DNA of 64,000 nt from Trueperaceae bacterium (GTDB taxonomy: Bacteria; Deinococcota; Deinococci; Deinococcales; Trueperaceae): NCBI GenBank assembly GCA_034521815.1, contig JAXHLW010000013.1:1088001-1152000 (forward strand), given 5' to 3'. This document shows, in pieces, positions 9,128 to 22,289 of the stretch. The position numbers were made by a program, and so were the translations under genes. Below the pieces are notes generated by a model. It ran no database searches and was not told where the DNA came from. It saw only the letters and a list, made by a program, of their open reading frames with translations. Position 1 is the stretch's first letter; the number at the start of each line of letters is the position of its first letter.

Positions 9128-10276
9128 TCACGGACGCGAGCGCTCGACCCAGGCCAGCGGGTCGCTGGGCTCGCCGGCGACACGCATCTCCCAGTGCAGA
9201 TGCGGGCCGGTGGACAGGCCGGTGCTGCCGACCTCGCCGATCGCCTGACCGCGGACCACGACGTCGCCCGCTCCCACCACGATCGCCGACTGGTGGTAGT
9301 AGCGGCTCGTCACCCCGGCACCGTGGTCGACGATCGTCAGCCCGCCCTTGATCGGGTAGTGACCCGCCAACACCACGAGGCCGTCGTTCGTCGCCCGAAT
9401 CGGCGTCCCGGTCGGAGCGGCGATGTCCTCGCCCAGGTGGAAGCTGACGGGGCCGCCGGCGGCGTAGCGCCGTGGACGCGCGAATCCGGACGTGCCGCGG
9501 CCTTCGATCGGGAGGACGAACGGCTCGGTCCAACGGGGCGGATCGGTCGGGTCGGCGCGGGCCGCCGCGATCGCAGCGGCTTCGAGCTCGCGCCCCTCGG
9601 GCGTGATCACCGACAGCGTGGCGGCCGACAGCCGCAGCTCCTCGACCTCTTGCGGGAGGGGGCCGTGAGGCACGATCAGGCGATGGTCGCCGGGACGCCC
9701 GAAGCCGTCGGTCCAGGACGCCTCGAACGTGATCGCGCCCGCCGCCGTCGTCAGCGGTACCGCACCGAAGGCGATCCGTCCGTCGGCGGCGTCGTGGAGC
9801 GCGGCCGCGCGGCCGTCGATCGTCAGGCCGGCGCCCCGGACCTCGGCATCGGGCGGGTCGAAGCGCAAGGTGGCCGTGAACGGCGCGCCGGGCCGGTCGC
9901 CGCCGCTCACGCCCAGCGCGCCGCTGGGAATCGCCACGCCCTGGACCTCGTGCCGAGCCGTCGTGACGTTGCCCGCGCCGTCGCTCGCCTCGATCGCGAC
10001 CACGCCGGCTCCAGCGCGCGCCTCCAGCCGAACCGTCAGATCCTGCTCCACGCGCACGGCCGTCTGATCCTGGTAGCGCACCGTGTAGCTCACCGGCTCG
10101 TCGGCGCTGATCCGTAGCGCGAACGCCTCGCCCGCCGCCACCCGGTCCGGACCCTCGACCCAGAGCGAGGGCGGCGTCGTGTCACGAAACGCCTGACCGA
10201 CGCCGACACCGACGACGGCGCCGAGCAGCAGCAGCGCGACGCCGCCGAGCAGCGTACGGCGGCGCATACGGGTCAC
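9128..10276 (-). CDS. Secreted M23 family metallopeptidase
   Basis: N-terminal TM/signal; HLGED, STGPHLHWE; GTGA overlap with hpt (alternative ATG at 10267). Confidence 0.88.
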   Translation of the reverse strand: MTRMRRRTLLGGVALLLLGAVVGVGVGQAFRDTTPPSLWVEGPDRVAAGEAFALRISADEPVSYTVRYQDQTAVRVEQDLTVRLEARAGAGVVAIEASDGAGNVTTARHEVQGVAIPSGALGVSGGDRPGAPFTATLRFDPPDAEVRGAGLTIDGRAAALHDAADGRIAFGAVPLTTAAGAITFEASWTDGFGRPGDHRLIVPHGPLPQEVEELRLSAATLSVITPEGRELEAAAIAAARADPTDPPRWTEPFVLPIEGRGTSGFARPRRYAAGGPVSFHLGEDIAAPTGTPIRATNDGLVVLAGHYPIKGGLTIVDHGAGVTSRYYHQSAIVVGAGDVVVRGQAIGEVGSTGLSTGPHLHWEMRVAGEPSDPLAWVERSRP

Positions 10277-10836
10277 TCGTCCAACGCCTCGAACTCGCTG
10301 GGCGTCATGCTGGTCACGAACGGCAGGTTGCGGAACTTGTGATCCACGTCCAGCCCGTAGCCGTAGACGAACGCGTCGTCGATCTCGAAGCCCAGGTAGT
10401 GCACCGGCACCTCGACGCGCCGGCGAGCCGGCTTGCTGAGCAGGCTGGCGACCTTGACGGAGAGCGGACCGCGGCCCTCGAGGTACTGCAGCAGGTACCG
10501 CATCGTGAGGCCGGTGTCCACGATGTCCTCGACCAGCACCACGTGCTTGTGCTTCAGGCTCTGGTCGAGGTCCTTCACGAGCCGGACCTCGCCGGACGAC
10601 TCCGTTCGGCTGCCGTAGCTCGAGACCGACAGGAAGTCCACCGTCAACGGCGCGTCGATCGCTCGGACCAGGTCGGCCATGAACAGGAACGCGCCGTTCA
10701 GGACGCACACCAGGTGAAGCGGCTCGCCGTCGTGGTCGCGTGCGATCTCGCGGCCCAGCTCGACCACGCGCGCCTGAATGCGCGCCTCGTCGAGCTGGAC
10801 GGTGCCCTGTCCGGGCGCGAAGACGGTCTGTTGCAT
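10273..10836 (-). CDS. hpt: Hypoxanthine phosphoribosyltransferase
   Basis: VLNGAFLFMADL, VLVEDIVDTGLT, FVYGYGLD..RNLP; GGAGG RBS. Confidence 0.96.
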   Translation of the reverse strand: MQQTVFAPGQGTVQLDEARIQARVVELGREIARDHDGEPLHLVCVLNGAFLFMADLVRAIDAPLTVDFLSVSSYGSRTESSGEVRLVKDLDQSLKHKHVVLVEDIVDTGLTMRYLLQYLEGRGPLSVKVASLLSKPARRRVEVPVHYLGFEIDDAFVYGYGLDVDHKFRNLPFVTSMTPSEFEALDE

Positions 10837-10881
10837 CGGTCGGTTCCTCCAGCAGGCGCTGCGGCGCCGTGGTCGGCCCGG

Positions 10882-11616
10882 TCAGGGGCCGTTCGGTTCT
10901 GGATCATACCCGAGCGCGCGCAGCTCCTCGGGCGTCGCCTCGCGCCAGGCGCCGGGCTCCAGCTCGCCCAGCTCGATCGGACCCACGCGGGTGCGGACGA
11001 GACGGACGACGGGATGACCGACCGCCTCCAGCATCCGTCGCACCTGACGGTTCCTGCCCTCGTGGAGGTCGATTCGGCACCCGCCGTCAGCGGGCCTGGC
11101 GCGGTCGGCACGAGCGACGCCGTCCTCGAGCTCGACACCGTGACGCAGGCGCGCCAGCGACGCGCCGTCCACGGTGCCGTGCGCGCACCACGCGCGGTAG
11201 CGCTTGGTGTGCTCGTAGCGTGGGTGGGTGAGACGCAGCGCCAGCTCGCCGTCGTCGGTGAGCAGCAACAGCCCTTCGCTGTCGCGGTCGAGACGTCCGA
11301 CCGGGTGCAGGCCGGGCGAGGCCGGAACGAGGTCCATCACCGTCCGGCGGCCCTGCGGGTCGCTCTGGGTGGTCACGACGCCGGCCGGCTTGTGCAGCAC
11401 CAGCACGACACGGCCGCCAGGCACCTCGACGCGCTTGCCGTCGAGGCGGACGTCCGCTCCCGGCGGTACGCGGTCGCCCAGCGTGGCGATCGTCCCGTCC
11501 ACCGTCACGCGACCGGCCTCGATCAGGGTTTCGGCCTTGCGTCTGGACGACGCCGCTCCCGCACGAGCGAGCACCTTCTGGAGTCGCTGACCGCGGCCGT
11601 CCTGACCGTCGGTCAC
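10882..11616 (-). CDS. rRNA pseudouridine synthase, RsuA/RluB family
   Basis: S4 domain RLQKVLARAG..SRRKAE; VGRLDRDSEGLLLLT; EGRNRQVRRM. Confidence 0.92.
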   Translation of the reverse strand: MTDGQDGRGQRLQKVLARAGAASSRRKAETLIEAGRVTVDGTIATLGDRVPPGADVRLDGKRVEVPGGRVVLVLHKPAGVVTTQSDPQGRRTVMDLVPASPGLHPVGRLDRDSEGLLLLTDDGELALRLTHPRYEHTKRYRAWCAHGTVDGASLARLRHGVELEDGVARADRARPADGGCRIDLHEGRNRQVRRMLEAVGHPVVRLVRTRVGPIELGELEPGAWREATPEELRALGYDPEPNGP

Positions 11617-12647
11617 GACGCGTCCTCGTCGACCGACGCGTCTTCGAGCGGGGCCTGCTCGAGCGACGCCTCCTCGAGCGACGCCTTCAGGCGACCCTCG
11701 AGCACCAGGAACGCACGACCGCCGACCTCCACCCGCACGTCGGCAAGCTCCGGAGCGGTCGCGTCCGGTGCGGTCGCGTCCGGTGCGGTCGCGTCCGGCG
11801 CCCGATCCGTGCGCGCGGTGTCCGGTGGCCGGATACGCATGAACAGCCGCGACGGCCGACCCATCTCGACGCCCTGGACGCTCTCGAGCTCGTCGCCGTC
11901 GCCGTCGGCCGGAAACGGGACCAGCCCGTGCCGGACCAGGTAGGCGGCCAGAGGCCCGTGCGCGCTGCCGGTTCCGGGGTCTTCGACCACGCCCAGGGCC
12001 TCGCCGAACATGCGGCAGCGCTGCGGGCCGGAGTCGGACGGAACGAACGCCAGGACCGCCCGGTGATCGGCGTCGATCCACGGCCCGAGCGCGCTCAGCT
12101 CCAAACGCGCGCGCCCGAGCGCCTCCAGATCGGCCAGCGGAACGAGAAGGAACGGGTTCCCGGCGCTCCACGCCTCGATCGGAAGCCCGGCGCGAAGCTC
12201 GTGCGGCTCGAGCCCCAGGGCAGCGGCGACGGCAGGGCGGTCCGAGACGACGGTCTCGCGCCTGGGGCGCCCTTGATCCATCCACGCTCGCTGCAGGCCA
12301 CCGTGCTCGTCCCGTTCGAGCGTCAGATCGACCGGACCGATGCCCGACGTGAACGTCGCGCGCGGACCGTCGATCGTTCCGAGCCGGTCGAGCGAGAACG
12401 CCGCGCCGATGGTGGGATGGCCGGCCATGGGCAGCTCGCGCTCGGGGGTGAAGATCCTCAGCTCCGGGCGACCCGGCTCCTGCGCACGCGCCGGCCCGGT
12501 CCGCACGAACACCGTCTCGGAGAAGCCGAACTCCCGCGCGAGCCGCTGCATCGCGGCGTCGGCGACGCGCCCGCCGACGTGCACGACGGCCAGGGCGTTC
12601 CCGGCCAGCGGCCGGTCGGCGAACACGTCCCAGATCTCCACGTCCAT
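11613..12647 (-). CDS. PhzF family isomerase/epimerase
   Basis: DVFADRPLAGN, RIFTPERELPMAGHPT, EDPGTGSA, QGVEMGRPS. Confidence 0.9.
   Translation of the reverse strand: MDVEIWDVFADRPLAGNALAVVHVGGRVADAAMQRLAREFGFSETVFVRTGPARAQEPGRPELRIFTPERELPMAGHPTIGAAFSLDRLGTIDGPRATFTSGIGPVDLTLERDEHGGLQRAWMDQGRPRRETVVSDRPAVAAALGLEPHELRAGLPIEAWSAGNPFLLVPLADLEALGRARLELSALGPWIDADHRAVLAFVPSDSGPQRCRMFGEALGVVEDPGTGSAHGPLAAYLVRHGLVPFPADGDGDELESVQGVEMGRPSRLFMRIRPPDTARTDRAPDATAPDATAPDATAPELADVRVEVGGRAFLVLEGRLKASLEEASLEQAPLEDASVDEDAS
11755..11799. repeat. 3 x 15-bp tandem repeat (APDAT x3 in PhzF)
   Basis: gcggtcgcgtccggt twice, then gcggtcgcgtccggc. Confidence 0.9.
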
Positions 12648-12712
12648 CGCGCCAGCGTACCCCGGACGCCCAGGTGCGGAAATGCCGCGCCGGCGCAGGT
12701 ATCCTCTTCCGC

Positions 12713-13819
12713 ATGCATCCTCAGGTGATCGATCGCTACGCCGACCTTCTTCTCGACTACTGCACCGAGATCGCTCCTGGCGACGTCGTGTCGCTCAACG
12801 TCGCGACGCCCGCCACCGTGCTGGCGCGAGCGCTCGTTCGCGGCGTGCTCGAGCGTGGCGCCACCCCGCTGCTTCATCTCGCCTACCCCGAGCTCCAGCA
12901 GGATCTGCTCGAGTGCGCCAGCGACGGCTACCTGGCGAGCGAGCCGACGTTCGCGCTGCACGAGGTGCAGCGGACCGACGCCTGGATCCGCGTCGCGGCG
13001 CCGACGAACAGCCGTGCGTTGCAGAACGCCGACCCGGAGCGACTGGGGCGGCTCGAAAGCCGCATGCGTCCCGTGCAGGACCATCGCGTCGAGAACACGC
13101 GCTGGGTGGGGACGCTCTTCCCCACCGCGTCCGGCGCGCAGGACGCCGGCATGAGCCTCGATGCGTACGAGCGGTTCGTGTTCGGCGCCATGCACCTGTT
13201 CGACGACGATCCCGTGGCGGCGTGGCAGGCGCTGAGGGCCGAACAGGCTCGGCTGATCGATCGTCTCGCGCGAGCGGACGAGGTGCGGATCCGCGGCGAC
13301 GGCACCGACCTGCGGCTGCGGGTGGGCGGCCGGACCTGGGTGAACAGCGACGGAAAACGCAACATGCCGTCCGGGGAGGTGTTCACCGGCCCGATCGAGG
13401 ACAGCGCCGAGGGCACGATCCGGTTCGACGTGCCCAGCTTCGTCTCGGGCTCCGAGGTTCGCGGGGTGACGTTGCGGTTCGAGCGCGGCGTCGTCGTCGA
13501 GGCGTCGGCCGAGCAGGGCGAGGCCTTGCTCCTGGAGCGGCTGGATCGCGATCCCGGCGCGCGTCGGCTGGGCGAGCTGGGGATCGGCACGAACCGGGAG
13601 ATCGACCGGCCCACGGGAAGCACGCTCTACGACGAGAAGATCGGAGGCACGGTCCATTTGGCGCTGGGACGCTCGTACGCGAACACCGGCGGCGTGAACA
13701 AGAGCGCGATCCACTGGGACCTGATTCGCGACCTTCGGCGCGGTGGCGAGATCCTGTTGGACGGCGAGGTCTTCGAGCGAGACGGCACGTTCGTGTTGGA
13801 CGGTGCGCCGGCCAGCTGA
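12713..13819 (+). CDS. M29 family aminopeptidase (aminopeptidase T/AmpS-like)
   Basis: NMPSGEVFTGP, GARRLGELGIG, LYDEKIGGTVHLALG, NKSAIHWDLI. Confidence 0.92.
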   Translation: MHPQVIDRYADLLLDYCTEIAPGDVVSLNVATPATVLARALVRGVLERGATPLLHLAYPELQQDLLECASDGYLASEPTFALHEVQRTDAWIRVAAPTNSRALQNADPERLGRLESRMRPVQDHRVENTRWVGTLFPTASGAQDAGMSLDAYERFVFGAMHLFDDDPVAAWQALRAEQARLIDRLARADEVRIRGDGTDLRLRVGGRTWVNSDGKRNMPSGEVFTGPIEDSAEGTIRFDVPSFVSGSEVRGVTLRFERGVVVEASAEQGEALLLERLDRDPGARRLGELGIGTNREIDRPTGSTLYDEKIGGTVHLALGRSYANTGGVNKSAIHWDLIRDLRRGGEILLDGEVFERDGTFVLDGAPAS

Positions 13820-13862
13820 GCGCCGGCGCACCGTTCCGCGCTTCGCTCGGCATCGCCATCGA

Positions 13863-13892
13863 TTGACCGGTAATACCCCGTAGGGGTACAAC
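13863..13892 (+). promoter_or_regulatory. Rhodanese promoter with an overlapping CsoR/CstR-type operator (13874-13888)
   Basis: TTGACC-N18-TACAAC with the palindrome TACCCC-GTA-GGGGTA inside it. Confidence 0.65.
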
Positions 13893-13897
13893 GCGGC

Positions 13898-14332
13898 ATG
13901 GCCAAGCGCTCAGCTCCCCGCAGAACGAGCCGCCTCCCCTACCTTCTCGGCGTGGCCGGCATCGCCGCCGTCGCGCTCGTCCTCGCCGTGACGACCCTGG
14001 GCACGCAGGCCTCCGGCGACGCCTCCCTGAGCACCGTCGACGTCCGCGAGCTCCAGCAGGCGCTGGGCGACGACGTCACGCTGGTGGACGTACGCGAGCC
14101 GCACGAGTACGAGGCCGGACACATCGAGGACGCGTTGCTGATGCCGCTCGCGAACGTGGTGGCGCTCGCCGCCGATCTTCCCAAGGACCAGCCCGTGTAC
14201 GTGGTGTGCCGTTCGGGCAACCGATCGCTGCAAGCCTCGAACGCCCTGATCGACGCCGGCTTCCAGGACGTGCGCAACGTAGACGGCGGGATGATCGCGT
14301 GGGAGGCCGCCGGCTTCGACGTCGAGCGATGA
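13898..14332 (+). CDS. Membrane-anchored/exported rhodanese-domain sulfurtransferase
   Basis: N-terminal hydrophobic helix; LVDVREPHEYEAGHI; active loop CRSGNRS; GGMIAW. Confidence 0.9.
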   Translation: MAKRSAPRRTSRLPYLLGVAGIAAVALVLAVTTLGTQASGDASLSTVDVRELQQALGDDVTLVDVREPHEYEAGHIEDALLMPLANVVALAADLPKDQPVYVVCRSGNRSLQASNALIDAGFQDVRNVDGGMIAWEAAGFDVER

Positions 14333-14341
14333 CCGTCCCTC

Positions 14342-15100
14342 TCAGCGCGCGGTCCAGCCCAGATCGATCGACTGCACGCTGCCGGTGATGCCCCAGGCCG
14401 CCTCGCTGGCCAGCCACGCCACCAGCGCGGCGACGTCGGTCGGCTCCAGCAGCCGCTTCACCGCCGCCTGCTCCAACAGCACGCGCTCCTCGACGTCCGC
14501 CTCGTCGATGCCGCGCGTCCTCGCCTGATCGGCGATCTGCGCCTCGACCAGCGGCGTTCGCACGTAGGCGGGCGCCACGGTGTTGCAGGTCAGCCCGTGC
14601 GGGCCGCCCTCGAGCGCGACGGCCCGCATGTGGCCCAGCAGCGCGTGCTTGGCCGTGACGTAGCCGACCTTGTAGGGGCTGGCCACCAGGCTGTGCACGC
14701 TGCCCATGTGGATCACCCGTCCGTGGCCGCTGGCCGTCAGCCACGGCCATGCGCGCTGCGTCAGGTGGAACGGCGCCGACACCATCAGCGCCAGCATGCG
14801 GTCCCACACCTCGGCAGGAAAGTCGGGGACGGCGTCCAAATGCTGGAAGCCGGCGACGTTCACCAGCACGTCCAGGCCGCCGTGCAACGCCGCGACCGCG
14901 TCCACGGTCGACCGGCACGCCCCTGGGTCGGTCAGGTCGGCGGCGTGGAAGCTTCCACCGACCGCGCTCGCCGCGGCGGCCCCGCGCCGTGCGTCCACGT
15001 CCACGACCGCGACCGCCATCCCGTCCCGCGCCAGCACCTCCGCGCACGCCCTGCCGATCCCGCTCGCCGCACCGGTGACCAACGCCGTTCGAGCACTCAT
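14342..15100 (-). CDS. 3-hydroxybutyrate dehydrogenase-like SDR
   Basis: TGAASGIG, AGFQH, GSVHSLVASPYK.GYVTAKH, YVRTPLVE.QI; GGGAGG RBS. Confidence 0.85.
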   Translation of the reverse strand: MSARTALVTGAASGIGRACAEVLARDGMAVAVVDVDARRGAAAASAVGGSFHAADLTDPGACRSTVDAVAALHGGLDVLVNVAGFQHLDAVPDFPAEVWDRMLALMVSAPFHLTQRAWPWLTASGHGRVIHMGSVHSLVASPYKVGYVTAKHALLGHMRAVALEGGPHGLTCNTVAPAYVRTPLVEAQIADQARTRGIDEADVEERVLLEQAAVKRLLEPTDVAALVAWLASEAAWGITGSVQSIDLGWTAR

Positions 15101-15196
15101 GACGCCTCCCTTCGAGGACGACGAAGCGTACCTCGCACGAAGGAGCAGCGCGGCTGGAACCTGCGCCTCGCCTGCCGCGACGCCGCTCGCGTCCCG

Positions 15197-15225
15197 TTGA
15201 CAGGGTGCGTCCCCAGCGGTACGAT
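15197..15225 (+). promoter_or_regulatory. Sigma70-type promoter of tRNA-Leu
   Basis: TTGACA-N17-TACGAT. Confidence 0.75.
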
Positions 15226-15280
15226 TGGCCTTCGTCGCCCACGGTGACGTCCCTGCCGGGACCGCGCCGCGACGCCGCTC

Positions 15281-15367
15281 GCCGAAGTGGCGGAATTGGT
15301 AGACGCGCATGATTCAGGGTCATGTGACCGCAAGGTCGTGGGGGTTCAAGTCCCCCCTTCGGCACCA
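15281..15367 (+). tRNA. tRNA-Leu (CAG)
   Basis: GCCGAAG/CTTCGGC acceptor stem, anticodon arm CATGA-TTCAGGG-TCATG, long variable arm, GTTCAAG T-loop, encoded CCA. Confidence 0.96.
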
Positions 15368-15370
15368 AGC

Positions 15371-15400
15371 GAACGCCCCCGCGACCGCGGGGGCGTCTTC
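15371..15400. terminator. GC-rich hairpin between convergent tRNA-Leu and glyS
   Basis: ACGCCCCCGCG..CGCGGGGGCGT inverted repeat. Confidence 0.6.
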
Positions 15401-15417
15401 GTTCGCCACACGCGTCC

Positions 15418-17543
15418 TCAGGCCTCGCCGCCGAGCTCCTCGAGCGCACCCAGCTCGCGCAACACGTCGCGCGTCTCGCGGAGAAGCGCCAATCGGTTCG
15501 CGCGGACGGCCGGATCGTCGACCATGACCAGGACGTCGTCCAAGAAGCGGTCCAACGGGTCTTTGAGCGCCAAGACCCGGCGCAGCCCCTCGCCCGGCTT
15601 CGGCGGCGCGGCGGGCCCCGAGCCCAGCTCCCAAGCCGGAAGCTGGTCGTGCGCCGACTGCAGGAGCGCCTCGACCCCCTCGCGCGCCGCCGGCAGCGCC
15701 GCGTGCAGCGGAGCCTCCTGCGGCGCCTCGAACCGGTCCGGATCGGGCGCCACCCCTTCGGGCGCCTTCTCGGCCAGGTTGGCGGCGCGCTTGTACAGCG
15801 TCAGCAGCTCGGGGAACGCGTCGCCGGCCGCCAGCGCCCGCAGCAGGTGCGCACGGCGTGCAGCGGACGCCACCGACGGCTCTCCGGCGGTCGCGGCACG
15901 GACCGTCTTCACGCCGATGCCCTCCTCGGCCAGCAGCGACGCGACGCGGTCCCAGACGAACCTCGTCGTGGCGTCCAACACGCCTGCATCGATCGCGACC
16001 GGTCCGCCCTCGTAGCCGCTGGCGGCGGTCGCCAGCACCTCGCGGAGGGGAAGGCTCCAATCGTGCGCGGCCGCGATGCGGGCCAGCGCGCCGGCGTCAC
16101 GCCGCAGCCCGTACGGATCGGCGGAACCGCTCGGACGCTTGCCCAGCGCGAAGAAGCCGAGCAGCTTGTCCGCACGGTCGCACGCCGCCAGGATCGCACC
16201 GGCCTCGGCCGCCGGAAGCGGACCGCCGGGCGCCACGGGACGCACGCCGTCCTCCAGCGCCCGGGCCACGGGACGCGGCACGCCCTCGGCTTCGGCGTAG
16301 GCCCGAGCCATGACGCCTTCGAGCTCGGGCAGCTCGACCACCATCTCGGTAGCCAGGTCGGCACGGAAGATCGGCAGAGCGTGCTCCAGGATCTCGCGCG
16401 ACTCTTCGCTCGCGCCCAGCGCACCCGCGAGTCGCGGCGCCGCCTCGCGGACCCGGGTCACCTTGTCGGCCATCGACCCCAGGTCCTTCTGGAACGCGAT
16501 GCCGGACAGTCCCCAAGCGTGCTGCGCCAACGTCTTGCCGCGATCGGCGTCCCAGAAGAAGCGTGCGTCGTACAGCCGCCCGTCCAGGACCGCCTCGTAG
16601 CCGGATCGGACCGTCGAGGGATCGTCCACCGCCGTGTTGCTCACCCCGATGAAGCGGTCGGCGATCGCGCCGCCTGGTCCCCTGAGCGGAACGAAGCGTT
16701 GGTGGTGAATCATGACCGTGGCCAGCACCTCGTCGGGCAACGCCAAGTACCGCGCGTCGAAACGGCCCACGATCGCCGTCGGCCACTCGACCAGGTCCAC
16801 GATCTCGTCGAGCAGCGCCTCGTCCCACACCGGACCGAGACCCTCGGTCTCCGCCGCTTCGGTGATCGCGCGCACGGTGGCTTCGCGACGCTCGACCGGA
16901 TCGACCAGCACGAAGGCGTCACGGAGCTGTGCGACGTAGCCGTCGATGTCGCGCACCTCGATCTCGCCGGGCGCCATGAACCTGTGGCCGCGGGTCGTCC
17001 CGCCGGCGTCGACGCCCGCCACCGAGACGGGCACGTCCAGGTCGCCGAAGCGCGCCAGGAGCCAGGCCACCGGCCGCACGAACGGGACCTCGACGTCGCC
17101 CCAGCGCATCTTGCGGGGAGCTGGAAGATCGCGAACCAGGCCCGCGAGCAGGTCGGGCAGGAGCTCGCTCGTGGGCTCGCCGCCGGTCTCGATGTCGGCG
17201 AAGACGTACGCTCCACGGTCGGTCTCGTCCACCACGAGCGCGCCTGGCGACACGCCCTGGCCCCGGGCGAACCCGATCGCCGCCTTCGTCGGCGCCCCCG
17301 AGGCGTCGAACGCGACGCCCGTGCTGGGGCCGCGGCGCCGCTCGCGGCGACGCTCGCGGGTCTCGGCGACCTCGTCGACGCGCAGCGTGAGCCGCCGCGG
17401 GGTCGCGAACGCGCTCACCTCGCCGTGCTCCAGGCGCGCCTCGCGCAGCCGCTCGCCGGCCAGCGCGATCAGGGCCCGACGTCCTTGCGCGACGTACCAG
17501 GAGGGCAGCTCCTCGGTCCCGATCTCGAACAGCAGCGTCGCCA

Positions 17544-17544
<1 letters not shown>
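15418..17544 (-). CDS. glyS: Glycyl-tRNA synthetase beta subunit
   Basis: LLFEIGTEELP, ATPRRL, PFVRPV, LVEWP, PELEGVM, SGSADPYGLRR, RANRLALL. Confidence 0.96.
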
Positions 17545-18407
<863 letters not shown>

Positions 18408-18512
18408 GAGGACTCCCGAAGGTGAGCAGGTCGGCGGGCGCTGGCGGCCGCCTGGCGGGGGAACGTAATGAACGCCCTACCTGGCCCGCGCACGAGCGCG
18501 TACTATAGCACC

Positions 18513-18595
18513 ATGACTCGGCCGGCCGCGACGCGCCTCTTCCCCTTCGACGGGTGGATCACGCCCGTGCGTACGCCTGTGCCGGGAGGCCGTCC

Positions 18596-18599
<4 letters not shown>
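18513..18599 (+). CDS. Putative leaderless 28-aa leader peptide upstream of clpC
   Basis: TACTAT (18501-18506) + 6 nt + ATG; MTRPAATRLFPFDGWITPVRTPVPGGRP*; stop overlaps the clpC GTG. Confidence 0.35.
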
Positions 18600-20806
<2,207 letters not shown>

Positions 20807-20924
20807 CGGCCGACGTTCACGGCGGGGCAGCGCGGATCTTCGCCCCGCGCGCCTGGACGGCACGACCCACCTCGGCCCCGGTCGCGGTCGGCTACCATGG
20901 CCCCATGCGGGACGAGGGCCGGGC

Positions 20925-22289
20925 TTGCCGAGGACAGTGACCACCTACGTGTGCGAATCGTGCGGGGCGAAATCACCGGCCCCGCTCGGGCGGTGTCCGT
21001 CGTGCGGAGCGTGGTCGTCGATGGTCGCCGAGACGCCGCCGGCCCAGGCGCCGGGCAGCATCGGCGCACGACGCACGGCTCGCACCGTGACGACGGCGCC
21101 CCTCGAGTCGGTCGAGGACCTCGCGCTCCGTCGCGCCTCCAGTGGAGACGCCGAAGTCGACCGCGTGCTGGGCGGAGGCTGGGTGCCCGGCGCGGCGCTG
21201 CTGCTCGCGGGCGAGCCCGGCATCGGCAAATCCACGCTGCTTCTTCAGCTGGCCCGACACGCCGTCGACGCGGGCAGGTCGGTGCTGTACGTGGCCGGTG
21301 AGGAGTCGCTGGCACAGATCAAGCTCCGGGCGGAGCGCCTGGGGCTGGCCGGCGGACTCCAGGCCACCCGCGACGTCGACGCCCGCGCGTTGGCCGACCA
21401 CTTCGTTCGTACCTCGCCCGACCTGGTGGTGGTCGACAGCATTCAGACGCTTCGCGCCGACGACGATGGGATTCCGGGCAGTCTCACGCAGGTCCGCGAC
21501 GGGACCGCCCTCCTCGCCCACGCCGCCAAGGAATCGGACGCCACGCTCATGCTCATCGGCCACGTCACCAAGCAGGGCACGATCGCCGGCCCGAAGGTCG
21601 TCGAGCACATGGTCGACGCGACGTTCGCGCTCGAGTCGGCGGCCGGCTACCGCGTGCTGCGTGCGCTGAAGAATCGCTTCGGGCCCGCCGGCGAGGTCGG
21701 CGTGTTCGAGATGGGCGAAGCCGGGATGGTCGCCGTCGCGAACCCGTCGGCCGCCTTCCTGGCCGAACGGCCCGCTGGCGTCCCGGGCAGCGTGGTCGTG
21801 GCCGCGCTCGAAGGCCAGCGCCCCCTGCTGCTCGAAGTCCAGGCCCTCGCCTCGAAGAGCCCGTACGCCAGCCCCAAGCGTGTCGTGCAAGGACTCGACG
21901 GTCGCCGCGTGGACGTCGTGCTGGCCGTCCTGGAGCGCCGCATGGATCTCCCGCTGGCCGGCTTGGACGTGTTCGTGAACGTGGCCGGCGGCCTGCGCCT
22001 CACCGATCCGGGCGCCGACCTCGCGGTGGCGCTGGCCGTCTGGTCGGCCGTGACGAACCGGCCGTTGCCCGAGGATGCCGCCGTGGTGGGCGAAGTCGGC
22101 TTGGCCGGCGAGATCCGCGGCGTGAGTCAGCTGGCCCGCCGCGTGGCCGAGGCCGAGCGCGTCGGGTTCTCGACGATCATCGGGCCCCGCCACCCCGACC
22201 TTCCCGGCGGCGGCTGTCGCGACCTGTCGGAGGCGATCGCCCGCGTTCGCGCCCCGGCAGCGCCAGCGCCACGAGCAGCGTCACGATGA
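20925..22289 (+). CDS. radA: DNA repair protein RadA/Sms
   Basis: C4 zinc finger CESC..CPSC, GEPGIGKST, KNRFG motif, Lon-like C-terminus; start TTG 20925 or GTG 20937. Confidence 0.96.
   Translation: MPRTVTTYVCESCGAKSPAPLGRCPSCGAWSSMVAETPPAQAPGSIGARRTARTVTTAPLESVEDLALRRASSGDAEVDRVLGGGWVPGAALLLAGEPGIGKSTLLLQLARHAVDAGRSVLYVAGEESLAQIKLRAERLGLAGGLQATRDVDARALADHFVRTSPDLVVVDSIQTLRADDDGIPGSLTQVRDGTALLAHAAKESDATLMLIGHVTKQGTIAGPKVVEHMVDATFALESAAGYRVLRALKNRFGPAGEVGVFEMGEAGMVAVANPSAAFLAERPAGVPGSVVVAALEGQRPLLLEVQALASKSPYASPKRVVQGLDGRRVDVVLAVLERRMDLPLAGLDVFVNVAGGLRLTDPGADLAVALAVWSAVTNRPLPEDAAVVGEVGLAGEIRGVSQLARRVAEAERVGFSTIIGPRHPDLPGGGCRDLSEAIARVRAPAAPAPRAASR

Noticed and set aside
11755..11799. Short repeats as a CRISPR array
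   Set aside because: Contiguous in-frame 15-mers without spacers, and no cas genes
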